DNA of 64,000 nt from a virus (IMGVR_UViG_3300042901_002340); one strand, 5' to 3'; shown: positions 30,892-39,394, counted from the stretch's first letter. The notes: a model not told the origin generated them from the letters alone. A program made the numbers and translations.

Positions 30892-31272
30892 AAAATTGAG
30901 TTATCGAAAAGATAAAGCATATAGACCAGGTCAAATGCAAGATCAATGTCAAAGACCTTCCTCTATCGCAAAGGCAAGGACAAAAACTAAGTCTCGTTAG
31001 TTAGCCAATTATCTGCCTAGTGGTAAAGAGGTATCTTTCTCTATGGCTTTCAGTAACTTGTCTAACAATTGAGTTCTATCTCAGTTTTGTTTATTTTTAT
31101 AGAAGAAGCGGAGTTTTGAGGCTCCCGAAGGAACCTCACAATTGCTGTATATGATTAATAGTCATTTATCTTATAAGATAATGGCTTGACGCCATTAATT
31201 AAAGGACCTTATCTCTCCGAATCAAAGCATCAGGGGAATCGGCTTTTGCTTACCCCATCAGCACCTCAATTT
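30892..31272 (-). ncRNA. Candidate ~380-nt structured RNA
   Basis: No sense-strand ORF; closed by AAATTGAG/CTCAATTT; internal hairpins and hexamer-periodic repeats. Confidence 0.5.
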
Positions 31273-31277
31273 ATTTT

Positions 31278-32201
31278 TTATTTTTCTAGTTGTTTCAGAA
31301 ACTCATCAACAACTGGTTGGAATCTAGCATCAACCTCGATTTTAAGGTTTACCGCTTCCGTGATTTTATTCTGACGCTCAGTTTCGAAATCTAGCTGAGC
31401 TTTTTTATAATCAGCTAGCCAAGATTCTCTCTTTTTGCTGTACTCGTTCATAGAAAGAGCATTTTTCTCGTTTACCTCAGCTTGCGCATCGGCATTCAAT
31501 TTAGAGATTCTTGCATTCTCCTTGGTTACTGAATTCTTAACCTTCGATTTGAAGTAGTTAACTCTTTGTTCATAGCCTCTATGAAGAGCTGCCAACTCCT
31601 CGTGTGTTTTTAATAGTTCCTCAGACTTGTGATGCACGTTAACCTTGATAGGTGTTTTCTTACCCACCTCGACCTCCATAAACTCAAGGAGCTGAATCTT
31701 AGGCAATTCAGATCTTAAACGATCTAACGTTCCACCTTTATGTATGAATTGACCTATGTGTGAAGCATAAGCCTCAGCCTCGATGAATTCATTATATTCT
31801 TCCATTGAGAGTTGTTCCCAACCCCAATCCTCACTAACTTGAGAAAGAACTTCAGGTTGAACACTAGGTTCCCTCGTCGGTGCCGGATTTTCATTCTCGT
31901 AATCGAAATACTCGGTTTTGATCCCGTTTATCATCACATCCTTAGCTTTTATATTCTCCATTAGGAAAGCCTGGGTTGCATGCAATCTCGCCTTTGATTT
32001 AAGAAGTTCTACAACATCAGTAGGCATAGGTTTTGCAGCGGTTAACTTATGATCCTCCTTAGAGATCTTTATCGTTTTTGATGCGTTATTGATATCAGCT
32101 AAAGCTGCAGTGATATCTTTTGATCTTTGGTTACAAAGATTTGATACTGATTGAGCTTGAGACATTGATAATCCTTTTGATGCTAATGAATTTCTTTTCA
32201 T
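31278..32201 (-). CDS. Coiled-coil hypothetical protein
   Basis: Helical Lys/Glu/Ala-rich 307-aa ORF transcribed just upstream of the TROVE gene. Confidence 0.8.
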   Translation of the reverse strand: MKRNSLASKGLSMSQAQSVSNLCNQRSKDITAALADINNASKTIKISKEDHKLTAAKPMPTDVVELLKSKARLHATQAFLMENIKAKDVMINGIKTEYFDYENENPAPTREPSVQPEVLSQVSEDWGWEQLSMEEYNEFIEAEAYASHIGQFIHKGGTLDRLRSELPKIQLLEFMEVEVGKKTPIKVNVHHKSEELLKTHEELAALHRGYEQRVNYFKSKVKNSVTKENARISKLNADAQAEVNEKNALSMNEYSKKRESWLADYKKAQLDFETERQNKITEAVNLKIEVDARFQPVVDEFLKQLEK

Positions 32202-32295
32202 GATGTTCTAATTTTTGTTTTTATATTTTACTTTTAAATTTCTACAATAAAAAAGGGATTAAGTCGCTTGGCGTCCTAATCCCTTTATAAAACTA

Positions 32296-32436
32296 ACAGA
32301 GAATGATGTAAGAAGTGTGAACAATTTAATGTCTGATTTACTGTCAGATGACTTAACCACTTGTCTAAATTTCCATTTTGGCGGAAACTATCGGAGTCGA
32401 ACCGATGTGCGATGTAACTTCTATACTTACTACTGT
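32296..32436 (-). ncRNA. Y-RNA (YrlA)-like RNA A, permuted Tyr-like tRNA domain
   Basis: Order: T-arm, acceptor 3' strand plus GCCA, linker, acceptor 5' strand, D-arm, anticodon arm (GTA), all inside an outer stem. Confidence 0.7.
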
Positions 32437-32445
32437 CGTATGTTT

Positions 32446-32600
32446 TATAAGGGAATGATGTAAATAGCGTTTTTTCTAACGTGCTCTACCAACTGAGCTA
32501 TTCCCCCAAATTTTTAATTTGTTTGGTGGGGGAAGATGGATTCGAACCACCGACACCGTGCTTTCAATGCGCGAAGTAACTATTTTACTGACCACTTATA
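32446..32600 (-). ncRNA. Y-RNA (YrlA)-like RNA B, Phe-like tRNA domain permuted at the anticodon
   Basis: TTGAAA-GCACG, T-arm, TTCCCCC-ACCA, linker, GGGGGAA, D-arm, inside an outer stem. Confidence 0.7.
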
Positions 32601-32610
32601 ATATGTTTTT

Positions 32611-32740
32611 TGTAAGGGAATGACAGGACGAAAGAAATGATGTTTTTGTGGGAGTTGAACCCACTACCTTAAATACCAAAAATTTACGATCTACCAAATG
32701 ATCTAAAAAACGATGAATTTCGTTACCTTTACCACTTACA
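32611..32740 (-). ncRNA. Y-RNA-like RNA C, non-permuted Gln(TTG)-like tRNA inside the outer stem
   Basis: TGTAAGTGGT...GTCATTCCCTTACA encloses a complete cloverleaf. Confidence 0.65.
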
Positions 32741-32817
32741 ATAATACTTTTCAATGAACGTTTTTGTGATTATTATATAAGAGAAAATCCTCTTTGTTTC
32801 ATAAAAAATCAACATTT

Positions 32818-33432
32818 TTATTTTTTTCTTTGTGTTTTTCCGAATTTCCATCCATCTGGTGGAATTTCTTCCTTACTCAATCTTGCATTCTCTGTCCCGT
32901 TTGTTATCCAACCGAGACCTTTCAATTTATTTTGTATTGCTCCTAATTTCCAACCTTCTGGTATGGAGACATCACTTTTAATTTTTTTTGAATTTGTACC
33001 ATCGTTAATCCATCTGGTTCCAAATTGTGAATTTTTATTTCCCTGTTGATTCCCTAGATTCCTCGATGAGATATGCTTTAATTCACCGCTTAGATATCTT
33101 GGATCATCGACTCTTACATTTATAAAATTTCCATCGTTGTCAATTACTGTTGAGAATCCATTTGTATGAAAACTTTTTCCTGGAACATGATAATTTCTAT
33201 TTAGTTGATTCCTTATATTTTTATAGATCTCTATAGATTCAAATTCAATTGCTTCCTCTCTATTACTAAAACCTTCACTTAGTATCATTTTTCTAAGTTT
33301 TGTTTTATCAGGATTCCATGTTTTCATTGATCCTAGATATGAATCTATTGATGGGTGAACCTTACTGCTTCTGCTTCCTATATAATATTCACCAGTCTCT
33401 ATATGCTCAACCTTATAAACGTAATGATACAT
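32818..33432 (-). CDS. GIY-YIG homing endonuclease
   Basis: YVYKV...YYIGSR...YLGS; GNKNSQFGTRWINDG. Confidence 0.8.
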   Translation of the reverse strand: MYHYVYKVEHIETGEYYIGSRSSKVHPSIDSYLGSMKTWNPDKTKLRKMILSEGFSNREEAIEFESIEIYKNIRNQLNRNYHVPGKSFHTNGFSTVIDNDGNFINVRVDDPRYLSGELKHISSRNLGNQQGNKNSQFGTRWINDGTNSKKIKSDVSIPEGWKLGAIQNKLKGLGWITNGTENARLSKEEIPPDGWKFGKTQRKK

Positions 33433-33491
33433 AATTTTTTCATTTATATATCATTACTTCGTTTTTATTTCGGAAACGAAGTAACTTTTTG

Positions 33492-33565
33492 TCGGTAGAG
33501 GAGGACTCGAACCTCCGGCCTTCGAAGTATCAGTTCGACGCTCTAACCAACTGAGCTACCTACCG
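33492..33565 (-). tRNA. tRNA-Ile(GAT)
   Basis: Cloverleaf, loop CT-GAT-AC. Confidence 0.9.
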
Positions 33566-33606
33566 TGGATTGGGTTTTTGAAAGAAACCCTTATGTAAAA
33601 CTTTTG

Positions 33607-33677
33607 AGATCCCAGAGGGATTCGAACCCCCGTCTTCAGATCCGTATTCTGAAATTCTTCCGCTGAACTATGGGACC
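33607..33677 (-). tRNA. tRNA-Arg(ACG)
   Basis: Cloverleaf, loop AT-ACG-GA. Confidence 0.85.
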
Positions 33678-33859
33678 AGTTAAAAATTAATTCTCCTTGC
33701 CTCCATCTACAAGTAGCAATAAATGTGTTTCCCCTTTCGTTGAATCGCCCTATAGACTCAGTTGCAACTAATTGGCACTTAGATACCGCCTTCTGTTCTC
33801 ACGTATTAAGGTTACACTTTAGAAATTTACCTCTACGGACACCAGGAGAATCAATTATA

Positions 33860-34033
33860 TTATAATTTTGCTTGGAGAATTACAATATCCCTTTTTATCC
33901 TTTTAACATCAGCATCGGTTAAATCAGCCTTAACGTCTCTCGTACCCTTTACTGTTTTAAGCCCACTTGCTAATTGGTTTTCCAACATTGATAATGCTCT
34001 TGCTTGTCTAGATCTTTTTGGTGCTGTAGCCAT
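33860..34033 (-). CDS. Small basic hypothetical protein (57 aa)
   Basis: Manual translation MATAPKRSRQARALSMLE...; TAnnTTTG promoter upstream. Confidence 0.6.
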   Translation of the reverse strand: MATAPKRSRQARALSMLENQLASGLKTVKGTRDVKADLTDADVKRIKRDIVILQAKL

Positions 34034-34094
34034 CTTTTTATTTATTGTTAATTATTATGTTGCAAATATATGACATCCTTTCGGGATAAAAAAA

Positions 34095-34556
34095 TTAATT
34101 TGTAATTTTTTCAACAATAATTTCCTTCACTTTAACCGGACTTGCCATACCAGGAAACTTTTTATTGAAAGCTCCGATAACTTTACCAGTAAGAGCTTGA
34201 GAGTTTAGGTTTGCACCATCAAATTCTGCTATAAGCTCAAGAACTGCTGAAGATATTTCTGAATCTTCCATTTGTTTAGGTAGATAAGACTCTATTGGTT
34301 TTAATTCTAGAGTTTCTTGTTCAACAAGATCCATTCTACCAGCTTTAGTAAATTCATCAACTGATTGTTTTCTTTGTTTGATTGTGCTTATGACAATCTT
34401 TAAAACATCAGCATCACTAAGCTCTGTACCAGCAGGTCCAGCTTTCTCAGCTTCCAAAATTTTTGACTTTAGCCCACTTAATGAGCTTTTACCTATTGTG
34501 TCCTTTGCCTTAAATGCTGCAATATAATCAGCATTGATTTTCTCTTTTAGTGTCAT
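34095..34556 (-). CDS. GatB/YqeY domain protein
   Basis: MTLKEKINAD..AAFKAKD, KQRKQS..F..AGR.DL, YLPKQM. Confidence 0.85.
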   Translation of the reverse strand: MTLKEKINADYIAAFKAKDTIGKSSLSGLKSKILEAEKAGPAGTELSDADVLKIVISTIKQRKQSVDEFTKAGRMDLVEQETLELKPIESYLPKQMEDSEISSAVLELIAEFDGANLNSQALTGKVIGAFNKKFPGMASPVKVKEIIVEKITN

Positions 34557-34571
34557 GTTTTCAATTTTTAG

Positions 34572-34640
34572 TGGAATATTGGGGCTCGAACCCTGCCTCC
34601 CGCTGTTTAGCGATTGCACATCCGCTTGTGCTTTTATCCC
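34572..34640 (-). ncRNA. tRNA-like RNA with 4-nt anticodon loop
   Basis: D-arm and T-arm intact; TCGCT-AAAC-AGCGG arm. Confidence 0.5.
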
Positions 34641-34704
34641 GTGGCCGGGGTTTATGGGTATTTATTAATCACCCCCAATGGGCCGACCCTTGGTGACATG
34701 CCAT

Positions 34705-35094
34705 TTAGATAGCTCCTTCTCCACCGCCTATGAAATATAAAACTGATCTGATATTTCTTTGTTCGTTACCGAGAGCTTCTATTTTGATTCTTTTCTCCTG
34801 CATGGATCTTTGTGTTTTAGCAAGATCCGTTTTAGCAACGATTAGCTCGTAATTATCTGCGGTTTTTTCGACGAAAGCAGCATCTCTTGCTTCTGCATTA
34901 CTATAAGCTTTTTTACCAGCTCCGTCAACTGTTGCACTTATTTCTGTTTTAATTACAGATTCGATCTGTGTGATCTTATCTGATTGGGATTGCGAAGTTT
35001 CAGTTAATGTTAATAATTCTAATTGTGCTTCAACAACCTTTGCGGGAATCTCCAATAGTCTATTAGCTAATGATTCCAATCTTTCCCTTTCCAT
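34705..35094 (-). CDS. Coiled-coil hypothetical protein
   Basis: ORF track. Confidence 0.65.
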   Translation of the reverse strand: MERERLESLANRLLEIPAKVVEAQLELLTLTETSQSQSDKITQIESVIKTEISATVDGAGKKAYSNAEARDAAFVEKTADNYELIVAKTDLAKTQRSMQEKRIKIEALGNEQRNIRSVLYFIGGGEGAI

Positions 35095-35115
35095 TTCGAA
35101 ATGTTTAAAAATTAG

Positions 35116-35205
35116 TGATCAGAACAGGAATCGAACCTGTGCACGACTGAAGATACCCTACTCCCGTAGATCGACTGCCTATACTGCCCTTTATATTACC
35201 CGATC
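35116..35205 (-). ncRNA. tRNA-like RNA with aberrant anticodon region
   Basis: Acceptor GATCGGG/TCTGATC-A; T-arm ACAGG-TTCGATT-CCTGT. Confidence 0.5.
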
Positions 35206-35501
35206 AATTTTATCAATTTGAAGCTCACAATGGACCCAACTTTAAGCTCAAAAATGCTCGAAATTGAGATACAAATGAGGGGCTTTGTGAGCTTCATTTC
35301 CTATTGAGATCCAATTCAGACTTTAGACCGCTACTAACACCATTTATCCATACTCTTGAAATGAAATGTGAAGGAATCGAACCTCCCTAGAGCCGTCGCC
35401 CCATACTCAGAATAACACCTATTTTCTACCCTTTGGTGATGACTTTCGTCTGTTCATCTTATTCCTCCTTTTTTGCTCTTTCGAACTAATTGGATCTCTT
35501 G

Positions 35502-35576
35502 TGATTCCTATACGATTCGAACGTATGACCCCCTGCTTGTAAAACAGGTGCTCTGAACCAACTGAGCTAAGGAACC
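35502..35576 (-). tRNA. tRNA-Val(TAC)
   Basis: Cloverleaf, loop TT-TAC-AA. Confidence 0.9.
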
Positions 35577-35593
35577 GGCTGCTGATATTGCTA

Positions 35594-36175
35594 TCAGCCT
35601 ATTTTATTTACTTTTGACTTCTTCTTCGCCTTCTGTTCTTCAATCTTAGCTGAGAATATCTCTTTTACTCTACCATCATGGTAGAATATTCTAGCATCAG
35701 GAGATGTCCAACCGTATTGGTCAGCTACTATCTGTGCATAATCTTCTATGCTATTAAGCTTAACCAATCCCTCTATTATTGGTGATCCATATTTTTCACC
35801 CAGAGATGGTTCCTTTACCCATTCGAATGCGGAATATCTGACTTTCAATAGGTCCAATGCCTCCTCAGGAGAAGATTCTCTATGAACCCATTCCTCCACC
35901 GGATAAGACCCATCTTTTTCCTTGGTCATCGATTCTAAATTAATAGCTGAATATGCACCATACCAACGATCTCCACAGCATGGACAATCGGATCCTTCAT
36001 CAACACCATTCCAATAACATCCGAGACCTTCAGCAATCGAATCTGCTTCATCCGAACTATTTGCTTCTATGAATAATCTGTGACATAGGTTATCGTCTGT
36101 TGCAAACGAACCACCAGTGTTGTTTTGAGAATACTCGTAAAATTTTAAACCTGCTTCTTCTTTTTTTCTTGTCAT
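35594..36175 (-). CDS. Conserved phage hypothetical protein
   Basis: QNNTGGSF and DCPCCGDRW motifs. Confidence 0.7.
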   Translation of the reverse strand: MTRKKEEAGLKFYEYSQNNTGGSFATDDNLCHRLFIEANSSDEADSIAEGLGCYWNGVDEGSDCPCCGDRWYGAYSAINLESMTKEKDGSYPVEEWVHRESSPEEALDLLKVRYSAFEWVKEPSLGEKYGSPIIEGLVKLNSIEDYAQIVADQYGWTSPDARIFYHDGRVKEIFSAKIEEQKAKKKSKVNKIG

Positions 36176-36185
36176 CTTTTTTGTT

Positions 36186-36416
36186 TTAAAAATAAATCCA
36201 TCCTGCGCATCTCTTAGGATACTTGGGTGTGAAATCTATGCAATCTGGATCTCCACCTCTGATGAATTCGAACATTGATACTTTTTCTTTTGTCCTGTTT
36301 GCTTTGTTGAATTGTCTAACGAAGTCTCTTGGAACATTATTCCAATAATGATATCTGCCAGGCGTGTGGCGTCTTCTTTGTGCTTCGGTCCAAGACCAGC
36401 TCTTTTTTGTTTTCAT
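36186..36416 (-). CDS. Small basic hypothetical protein
   Basis: Arg/Lys/aromatic-rich; preceded by a uORF-hairpin element. Confidence 0.6.
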   Translation of the reverse strand: MKTKKSWSWTEAQRRRHTPGRYHYWNNVPRDFVRQFNKANRTKEKVSMFEFIRGGDPDCIDFTPKYPKRCAGWIYF

Positions 36417-36480
36417 GTTGTATTAGGTTATTTTACCTAATACATGTCGAATTTCTTTTTCATTGTTAAAAATATTTTTG

Positions 36481-36553
36481 TGGACCTGAAGGGATTTGAA
36501 CCCTCATCCTCCTCCGTGCAAGGGAGGCGCTCAGCCAGTTGAGCTACAGGCCC
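36481..36553 (-). tRNA. tRNA-Ala(TGC)
   Basis: G3:U70 pair, anticodon TGC. Confidence 0.9.
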
Positions 36554-36561
36554 GGTTTTAG

Positions 36562-36634
36562 TAGCGTGTGCGGGGATCGAACCTGCGACCTAGAGTTTAT
36601 GATTCTCTCGCTCTGCCAACTGAGCTAACACGCC
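36562..36634 (-). tRNA. tRNA-Met(CAT), elongator-like
   Basis: Acceptor GGCGTGT/ACACGCT-A, anticodon CAT. Confidence 0.8.
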
Positions 36635-36675
36635 AATTCATAGGTTTTTAATTGAACCTATGAAAACAATCACTT

Positions 36676-36909
36676 CTACTGGTGATGTTTGACATATCTG
36701 CCAAATCGATCAACTCTAACCTCCATTTTAGTAAGGTTAAAATTCCAGTTTTGAAACACACCCAAGCCAGATCTTTGTCTTGCTTGTTTGTTCGCAGATT
36801 GCTCTGCCTTCTCACGTCCTTCTTCCGTAGTTTCTACGAAAAAAGTGGGAGCCTGAACACCAGTCTTACTGGTAGGAACTACTCTCCAAATTCTCAATTT
36901 CTGAGTCAT
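36676..36909 (-). CDS. Hypothetical protein
   Basis: ORF track. Confidence 0.6.
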   Translation of the reverse strand: MTQKLRIWRVVPTSKTGVQAPTFFVETTEEGREKAEQSANKQARQRSGLGVFQNWNFNLTKMEVRVDRFGRYVKHHQ

Positions 36910-36976
36910 AATTGTTTATCTAACAATTATGATCTACGAGCTGTCTTCGATTGCTTTCATTTGTTCTATTATATTT

Positions 36977-37264
36977 TTAAAATAACTTGTTTCCTTTATT
37001 AGCATATTTTACTAATATTTCTCCGTGACATCTTTTTGGTTTACACCAACACCCTAGAGTTTTTCCTTTAATCTCATGTAGAGAATTCATTAGCTCGTTG
37101 TTCTGAAGAAGATATTCCTCATACTTATCAATTGCTTCTTTTCTCGAAGCAACTTTAAACTCTGCTAATGTGTCTTCCTTATGTGAATATGGATTACCCC
37201 ATTTTGAGGGTCTTCCTATATAGACATCATATGGGTCGGTCTTAATGTTTACTACTTTAGACAT
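36977..37264 (-). CDS. DUF4326 domain protein
   Basis: DVYIGRPSKWGNPY and GKTLGCWCKPKRCHG motifs. Confidence 0.85.
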   Translation of the reverse strand: MSKVVNIKTDPYDVYIGRPSKWGNPYSHKEDTLAEFKVASRKEAIDKYEEYLLQNNELMNSLHEIKGKTLGCWCKPKRCHGEILVKYANKGNKLF

Positions 37265-37277
37265 CTGTTTATTTTTG

Positions 37278-37349
37278 AGCAGGTGGAGGGAATCGAACCC
37301 TCATATCCAGCTTGGAAGGCTGGCATACTAACCGTTGTACTACACCTGC
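37278..37349 (-). tRNA. tRNA-Gly(TCC)
   Basis: Cloverleaf, U73. Confidence 0.9.
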
Positions 37350-37398
37350 TTATTGGAGCCGGCACGATGATTCAATCGTGGATCACCCGGCATGTTTT

Positions 37399-38058
37399 TT
37401 AAAATTTCATTTTTCTTCCCAGTTTCCATCCTTCTGTAATATAATTTTCAATATCAGAGGCTTCAACAGACATGGATTTTTTAATATTTTCATTGTAGAT
37501 CCATTTCTTTCCAAAATTTGAATTTCCATTACCTTTTTGATGTATAGAATTTGATGTACCAATTCTTTTTTTTGTTTCTTCCGTGTGTTCTTTATTTAAA
37601 AATGATTTTGCTCCAGCTTCTCTTAATATTGCTGATTTCTCTGGATCTTCCCATAGCCTTTTAAGATTTTCTGATGATACTACCGCCATTTTTTCTCTAT
37701 ATCCTTGAGTGTTCCAATTTTTTTTATTTGATACCGATGCTCCTTTTTTTTGCCATTCCAACAACCATCCTCCTTCTCCACCTTTATTAATATTCATACA
37801 CATTGGATCTTTTAAAAGATCCTCATTAACTATTGCAATTTCACGTTGTCTTAATGATTCTCTATCATCGAAATATTCTAAAATTTCTTTAGTGTGTGCT
37901 TCCTTACCGTGTTTCCTTATGGAATTTCTTATTCTTTTTCCTCCGCCCATATAGTCATCATCCAAATTATGTGTTGAATGCATGCCTATATAATATTTAC
38001 CATTTTTTATGTTTATTATCTTATAAAGATAATGAAACTGCTTTTCTTTTCTTGCCAT
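37399..38058 (-). CDS. GIY-YIG (Seg-like) homing endonuclease
   Basis: Third MARKEK paralogue. Confidence 0.85.
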   Translation of the reverse strand: MARKEKQFHYLYKIINIKNGKYYIGMHSTHNLDDDYMGGGKRIRNSIRKHGKEAHTKEILEYFDDRESLRQREIAIVNEDLLKDPMCMNINKGGEGGWLLEWQKKGASVSNKKNWNTQGYREKMAVVSSENLKRLWEDPEKSAILREAGAKSFLNKEHTEETKKRIGTSNSIHQKGNGNSNFGKKWIYNENIKKSMSVEASDIENYITEGWKLGRKMKF

Positions 38059-38112
38059 TTCTATACTTTAGTTTAGATTATATATCTAAACTAAAGTACG
38101 AAAAAGCGCCAG

Positions 38113-38184
38113 AGCGAAAAACGGGGATTGAACCCGCGACCCCCACCTTGGCAAGGTGATGCTCTACCGCTGAGCTATTTTCGC
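38113..38184 (-). tRNA. tRNA-Gly(GCC)
   Basis: Cloverleaf, U73. Confidence 0.9.
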
Positions 38185-38299
38185 ATTTTTGAATGTGACA
38201 GGGTATTCTCCTGCAGATGTGGTGGTTAACTAGTCCCATTACCCACTCCAGTTTTTCGTCTGGTGCTGTTGTAGTTTATCAGCGTTCACACATTCATTG

Positions 38300-38372
38300 A
38301 GGGCGGAGTGAGATTCGAACTCACGACCATCTGATTAACAGTCAGAAGCTACTACCGCTGAGCTATCCACCC
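38300..38372 (-). tRNA. tRNA-Asn(GTT), atypical acceptor (G1-C72, U73)
   Basis: Loop CT-GTT-AA. Confidence 0.8.
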
Positions 38373-38375
38373 TTT

Positions 38376-38537
38376 TTATAATCCAGGAAAGGAATCCCAA
38401 CAGAACCAATCCTCGAATTTCTCATTTACTTCTTTAGTTATATCTTCCTTAGAAGTTCCTTCGTCAACATAAATAGACTCTGCCCTTTCGTATGTTGTAT
38501 CGAAGTAAATAACCACTTTAACTTTTTTTGTGTACAT
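38376..38537 (-). CDS. Small hypothetical protein
   Basis: MYTKKVKVVIYFD...; the longer predicted start overlaps tRNA-Phe. Confidence 0.5.
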   Translation of the reverse strand: MYTKKVKVVIYFDTTYERAESIYVDEGTSKEDITKEVNEKFEDWFCWDSFPGL

Positions 38538-38552
38538 AAAAGTATATATTTG

Positions 38553-38627
38553 TGGGACCGGGCGGGATCGAACCGCCATCTCTGGATTTTCAGTCCAGCG
38601 CGAACTGACCAACTGCGCTACAGTCCC
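38553..38627 (-). tRNA. tRNA-Phe(GAA)
   Basis: Cloverleaf, loop CT-GAA-AA. Confidence 0.9.
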
Positions 38628-38637
38628 TTCTATTATT

Positions 38638-39096
38638 TTATTTTTTTAGATTTCCTCCGCCGAAGGTTTCTGTTTGTGAATGACAGTTTGGACATAGCAA
38701 TCTTATATTTGCTATTCTGTTATCATCATTTATTCCGTTTATGTGATCGAGTTGTAATGTTAATTTCCCGCCATTCCATTCGTTTATACCACAAATTTTA
38801 CAAGAATATTCAATTATTCCCTCCCTTACTAAGCGTGACTTTAAACTTTTAAAGTTTCTATATGTAGATTTCTCTACCAATATATCTTCAATAGGTATTC
38901 TTATATTCTTACTGGTCCCGTGTGCCTTACCTTTAAAATGTGAGACGTCAATTTTGTTTTCCTCTATTATGGATTTTAATTTTCTATAAACGTTTCCTCC
39001 TTTAACATTATATCCCAAATTTCTTTGCAAGTCCGCATAAGTTGTGCACTTCTTTATTTCCTCCCTTATCCTTTCTATTGTGTATATAATTTTCAT
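38638..39096 (-). CDS. HNH endonuclease
   Basis: LQLDHING...NIRLLCPNCHSQT. Confidence 0.85.
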   Translation of the reverse strand: MKIIYTIERIREEIKKCTTYADLQRNLGYNVKGGNVYRKLKSIIEENKIDVSHFKGKAHGTSKNIRIPIEDILVEKSTYRNFKSLKSRLVREGIIEYSCKICGINEWNGGKLTLQLDHINGINDDNRIANIRLLCPNCHSQTETFGGGNLKK

Positions 39097-39113
39097 AACA
39101 TCTTTTTAATTTG

Positions 39114-39187
39114 CTCTTCTGGCTGGATTCGAACCAGCAACCCCAGGTTTAACAAACCTTCGCTCTAACCATTGGAGCTACAGAAGA
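39114..39187 (-). tRNA. tRNA-Asn(GTT)
   Basis: U1-A72, G73, anticodon GTT. Confidence 0.88.
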
Positions 39188-39193
39188 ATGTTG

Positions 39194-39304
39194 TGGAGCA
39201 GCTGGAATTGAACCACGCTATCTGGGATAAGCACTAATAGTCTTACTCTTGCTATCTAGAATCTGAAGCAGACCCTATCAGGCATTTCCCAACCCTTTTA
39301 CTCC
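39194..39304 (-). ncRNA. tRNA-like RNA with a long helix replacing the D and anticodon arms
   Basis: Acceptor GGAGTA/TGCTCC-A; T-loop TTCAATT; TGGGA...TCCCA helix. Confidence 0.45.
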
Positions 39305-39309
39305 ATTTG

Positions 39310-39387
39310 TGGGATATGGAGGACTCGAACCTCCGTGTGGTGTGCCTGATTTACAGTCAGGTGCAGTCGCCGCTGTGCCAATATCCC
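39310..39387 (-). tRNA. tRNA-Tyr(GTA)
   Basis: Loop CT-GTA-AA; short unpaired variable region. Confidence 0.85.
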
Positions 39388-39394
39388 ATTGTTG

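Noticed and set aside
39194-39304. tmRNA
   Set aside because: Too short, no G3:U70 pair and no tag reading frame.
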